Assembly: GCF_009914755.1 (NCBI RefSeq)
Contig: NC_060933.1
Source of the DNA: the human T2T-CHM13v2.0 reference genome, Homo sapiens
Length of the DNA: 64,000 bases
Direction: 5' to 3' (one strand)
The notes under the pieces were generated by a model. That model made no database searches. It was not told the origin of the DNA and worked only from the letters and a program-made list of their open reading frames with translations. The position numbers and the translations under genes are program-made. Below are positions 59,720 through 64,000 of the stretch, piece after piece (position 1 is the first letter of the stretch; each line of letters starts with the position of its first letter).

Positions 59720-61660
59720 TCCACTCGGGTTGATTCCATTCCATTGCATTCCATTCCATTTCATTTCATTCCATTCCATTCCTTTCCATTCCATTCCATT
59801 CCATTGCAATCGGGTTGATTCCACTCCATTACTTTCCATTCCATTCCACTGCCTTGCATTCTACTGGGGTTGATTCCATTCCCTTCTTTCCACTCCATTA
59901 CATTCCCTTCCATTCCACTCAGAATGATTGATTCCATTCCATTCCATTCCATTTCATTCCATTGCAATCCATTCCAATCCATTCCATTCCATTCCACTCG
60001 AGTTGATTTCATTCCATTCCTTTCCATTCCATTCCATTCCTTTCCACTCGAGTTGATTCCATTCCATTCCATTCCATTGCATTCCATTCCATGCCATTCC
60101 ACTCGGGTTGATTCCATTCCATTCTATTCCGTTCCATTCCATTCCATTCCATTCCATTGCATTCCATTCCATTCCTTTCCCCTGCACTCGGGTTGATTCC
60201 ATTCCTTTCCATTCCGTTTAATTCCATTCCATTCCATTCCATTCCATTCCATTCCAATCCGTTCCATTCCATTCCATTCCATTCCATTCCATTCCATTTT
60301 GTTCCAATCCATTCTATTCCGAACCATTCCATTCCATTCCATTCCATTTTGTTCCAATCCATTCTATTCCGAACCATTCCATTCCATTCCATTCCATTCC
60401 ATTCCATTCCATGCCATTCCACTCGGGTTGATTCCATTCCTTTCCATTCCATTCGGGTTGAATCCATTCCACTCCATTCCATTCCATTCGAATCCATTCC
60501 ATTGCACTCGGGTTGATTCCATTCCATTCCATTCCATTCGATTCCATTCCATTCCATTCCATTCCGTTCCATTCCATTTCATTACATTGAGATTGATTCT
60601 ATTCAATTCCCTTACACTCCATTATATTCCAATCCATTCTGGTTGTTTCCATTCCATTCCATTCCATTTCACTCCATTCCATTGCACTCGGTTTGATTCC
60701 ATTCCATTCCATTCCATTCCATTCCGGATGATTCCATTCCATTGCATTCCATTACATTCCATTCCCCTGCACTCAGGTTGATTCCATTCCATTCCATTCC
60801 ACTCCATTCGGTTCCGTTCCATTCCATTCTATTGCATTCCATTCTATTCGGGTTAATTCCATTCCATTCTATTCCATTCCATTCCATTCCATTCCATTGC
60901 AATGGAGTTGATTCCATTCCATTCCATTCCATTCCGGATGATTCCATTCCATTGCATTCCATTCCATTCCATTACCCTGCACTCGTGTTGATTCCATTAC
61001 TTTCCATTCCATTCCATTCCGTTCCATTCCATTGCATTCCATTCTATTCCGGTTAATTCCATTCCATTCCATTCCATTCCATTCCATTCCATTCCATTCC
61101 ACTCGAGTTGATTTCCTTCCATTCCTTTCCATTCCATTCAATTCCTTTCCACTCGAGTTGATTCCATTCCCTTCCATTCCATTGCATTCCTTTCCTTGCC
61201 ATTCAACTCGGGTTGATTCCATTCCTTTGCATTCCATTCCATTCCATTCCATTCCATTCCATTCCATTCCATTCCGTTGCATTCCATTCCATTACATTCG
61301 GATTGATTCTATTCAACTCCCTTACTCTCCATTACATTCCATTCCATTCGGGTTGTTCCATTCCATTCCATTCCATTCCACTCCATTCCATTGCACTCGG
61401 GTTGATTCCATTCCATTCCATTCCATTCCGGATGATTCCATTCCATTGCATTCCGTTCCATTACATTCCCCTGCACTCTCGTTGATTCCATTCCATTCCA
61501 TTCCATTCCATTCAATTCCATTCCATTACAATTCGTTCCATTCCATTCTATTCCGTACCATTCCATTCCATTCCATACCATTCCATTCCATTCCATTCCA
61601 TTCCATTCCATTCCGTTCCATTCCGTTCCATTCCATTCCATTCCATTCCATTCTATTCGG
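59720..61660 (+). repeat. Second copy of the 50.7-53.0 kb block, with an internal deletion near 61.1 kb and a 50 bp duplication
   Basis: Same marker order as 50.7-53.0 kb; lacks the second GCCTTG/GGAATGATTG module seen at ~52180-52270. Confidence 0.75.
60291..60390 (+). repeat. Exact 50 bp tandem duplication
   Basis: ATTCCATTTTGTTCCAATCCATTCTATTCCGAACCATTCCATTCCATTCC at 60291-60340 and 60341-60390. Confidence 0.93.
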
Positions 61661-64000
61661 GTTAATTCCATTCCATTCCATTCGATTGCAATCGTGTTGA
61701 TTCCATTCCATTCCATTCAATTCTATTACACTCCATTGCAATCGAGTTGAATCCATTGCATTTCATTCCATTCCATTCCATTCCATTCCATTCCGGAAGA
61801 TTCCATTCCATTGCATTCCATTCCATTCCATTCCCCTGCACTCGCGTTGATTCCATTCCATTCCATTCTATTCCATTCCATTCCATTCCGTTCCGTTCCG
61901 TTCCGTTCCGTTTCCTTCCATTCCATTCCATTCCATTCCATTCCGTTCCGTTCCATTCCATTCCATTCCATTCTATTCGGGTTAATTCCATTCCATTCCA
62001 TTCGATTGCAATCGTGTTGATTCCATTCCATTCCATTCCATTCCATTCCATTCCATTCCATTCCTTTCCATTCCATTACGGATGATTCCATTCCATTGCA
62101 TTCCATTCCATTCCATTCCCCTGTACTCGGGTTGATTCCATTCCATTGCATTCCAATCCATGCCCTTCCACTCGTGTTGATTCCATTCTTTCCATTCCAT
62201 TCAAGTTGAATCCATTCCATTGCATTCCATTCCATTCGATTCCATTCGATTGCACTCGGGTTGATTCCATTCCATTGCATTCCATTCCATTCCATTCCGT
62301 TCCATTCCATTCCATTACATTCGGATTGATTCTATTCAATTCCCTTACACTCCATTACATTCCATTCCATTCGGGTAGTTTCCATTCCATTCCATTCCAT
62401 TCCTCTCCATTCCATTGCACTCGGGTTGGTTCCATTCCATTGCATTCCATTCCATTCCATTCAATTCCATTCCTTTCCATTCCATTCCATTACATTCGGA
62501 TTGATTCTATTCAACTCCGTTAGTCTCCATTACATTCCATTCCATTCGGGTTGTTCCATTCCATTCCATTCCATTCCACTCCATTCCATTGCACTCGGGT
62601 TTATTCCATTCCATTCCATTCCATTCCATTCCATTCCATTCCATTCCGGAAGATTCCATTCCATTGCATTCCGTTTCATTCCATTCCCCTGCACTCGCGT
62701 TGATTCCATTCCATTCCATTCCATTCCATTCCATTCCATTCCTTTCCGTTCCATTCCATTCCATTCCATTCCAATCCATTCCATTAGGTTCCTTTCCGTT
62801 CCATTCCATTCCATTCCATTCTATTCGGGTTAATTCCATTCCATTCCATTCGATTGCAATCGAGTTGATTCCATTCCATTCCATTTCATTCCATTCCATT
62901 CCATTCCATTCCATTCCGTTCCATTCCGTTCCATTCCATTCCATTCCATTCCATTCTATTCGGGTTAATTCCATTCCATTCCATTCGATTGCAATCGTGT
63001 TGATTCCATTCCATTCCATTCAATTCTATTACACTCCATTGCAATCGAGTTGAATCCATTGCATTTCATTCCATTCCATTCCATTCCATTCCATTCCGGA
63101 AGATTCCATTCCATTGCATTCCATTCCATTCCATTCCCCTGCACTCGCGTTGATTCCATTCCATTCCATTCTATTCCATTCCATTCCATTCCGTTCCGTT
63201 CCGTTCCGTTCCGTTTCCTTCCATTCCATTCCATTCCATTCCATTCCGTTCCGTTCCATTCCATTCCATTCCATTCTATTCGGGTTAATTCCATTCCATT
63301 CCATTCGATTGCAATCGTGTTGATTCCATTCCATTCCATTCCATTCCATTCCATTCCATTCCTTTCCATTCCATTACGGATGATTCCATTCCATTGCATT
63401 CCATTCCATTCCATTCCCCTGTACTCGGGTTGATTCCATTCCATTGCATTCCAATCCATGCCCTTCCACTCGTGTTGATTCCATTCTTTCCATTCCATTC
63501 AAGTTGAATCCATTCCATTGCATTCCATTCCATTCGATTCCATTCGATTGCACTCGGGTTGATTCCATTCCATTGCATTCCATTCCATTCCATTCCGTTC
63601 CATTCCATTCCATTACATTCGGATTGATTCTATTCAATTCCCTTACACTCCATTACATTCCATTCCATTCGGGTAGTTTCCATTCCATTCCATTCCATTC
63701 CTCTCCATTCCATTGCACTCGGGTTGATTCCATTCCATTGCATTCCATTCCATTCCATTCAATTCCATTCCTTTCCATTCCATTCCATTACATTCGGATT
63801 GATTCTATTCAACTCCCTTAGTCTCCATTACATTCCATTCCATTCGGGTTGTTCCATTCCATTCCATTCCATTCCACTCCATTCCATTGCACTCGGGTTT
63901 ATTCCATTCCATTCCATTCCATTCCATTCCATTCCATTCCGGAAGATTCCATTCCATTGCATTCCGTTCCATTCCATTCCCCTGCACTCGCGTTGATTCC
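61650..64000 (+). repeat. ~1.3 kb near-identical tandem duplication (second copy truncated by window end)
   Basis: ATCGTGTTGA...CTATTACACTCC at 61691 and 62994 (1303). Pseudo-ORF pairs 61747/63050, 61811/63114 (1303) and 62146/63444 (1298). Shared private words CCGTTTCCTTCC, ATGCCCTTCC, TTAGTCTCC. Confidence 0.88.

Larger units (their letters stand above)
1..64000 (+). repeat. Human satellite III (HSat3)-type (CATTC)n/(GGAAT)n tandem array, C-rich strand on +, one orientation throughout
   Basis: Every line is CATTC pentamers or 1-2 nt variants (CGTTC, CATTG, CTTTC, TATTC, CACTC). The interspersed word (A/C)TCGGGTTGATTCC (reverse strand GGAATCAACCCGAG) is the established satellite III signature. 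No unique sequence or GGAAT-run inversion seen. The array runs off both ends. Confidence 0.97.

Noticed and set aside
133-63996. Hundreds of ORFs of 60-412 aa (MEWNG... and FHSIP... repeats), e.g. 40118-41356
   Set aside because: (CATTC)n and (GGAAT)n have no stop codon in any frame, and the minus strand has an ATG every 5 nt. The ORFs overlap in all six frames and only translate the pentamer; there is no domain or gene structure.
1-64000. CRISPR-like pattern of a recurring CACTCGGGTTGATTCC word with intervening sequence
   Set aside because: The intervening sequence is the same pentamer repeat of variable length rather than unique spacers, and no cas genes or leader are present.
1-64000. HSat2 assignment
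   Set aside because: CATTCGATTC occurs only sporadically and HSat2-type divergent GATGAT/CGAGT-rich units do not dominate. Long pure CATTC runs and the TCGGGTTG word fit HSat3.
1-64000. Assignment to a specific array (Yq12 DYZ1, chr15 1.8 kb array, chr9q12, or an acrocentric array)
   Set aside because: I see no regular ~3.5 kb or 1.8 kb period. The motifs are compatible with chr9 or acrocentric HSat3, but deciding this, and excluding a non-human ape source, needs a k-mer or alignment search I cannot run.
1-64000. Alpha satellite or CENP-B boxes, telomeric repeats, Alu/L1/LTR insertions, rDNA
   Set aside because: No 171 bp monomers, TTAGGG runs, poly(A) tails or other non-pentamer sequence found.
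1-64000. GGAA-microsatellite (EWS-FLI1-type) enhancer or canonical G-quadruplex tract
   Set aside because: The unit is GGAAT, not tandem GGAA, and runs of three or more G are isolated rather than clustered in fours with short loops.
1-64000. A new gene-based biological system
   Set aside because: No credible coding or structured RNA gene exists in the window. The only candidate functional signals are the transcription-factor motif arrays reported as hypotheses above.

Overview
The whole 64 kb window is one uninterrupted, single-orientation (CATTC)n/(GGAAT)n satellite array of the human satellite III (HSat3) type. Runs of the pentamer are punctuated every few tens of bp by variant words such as CACTCGGGTTGATTCC, GCAATCGAGTTGA, CTATTCGGGTTAATT and TTCCGGA(T/A)GATT. 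This is pericentromeric or acrocentric-type heterochromatin of human or a closely related ape; I cannot assign chromosome or subfamily without a search. I see no genes, RNA genes, transposons, CRISPR arrays or inversions, and every ORF in the track is an artefact of translating the pentamer. I find no new gene system. What is worth following up is the internal architecture: (1) a homogenised ~4.9 kb higher-order repeat (HOR) at ~20-40 kb with one interrupted unit, (2) a ~2.5-2.66 kb HOR with EcoRI sites at ~40.7-47.3 kb, (3) a ~1.3 kb tandem duplication at the right end, (4) irregular flanks that share markers missing from the core, (5) about 42 perfect three-unit heat-shock elements (aTTCc-gGAAg-aTTCc), and (6) about 100 pentamer phase shifts that all go in the -1 direction. 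All counts and boundaries were read by eye and are approximate.
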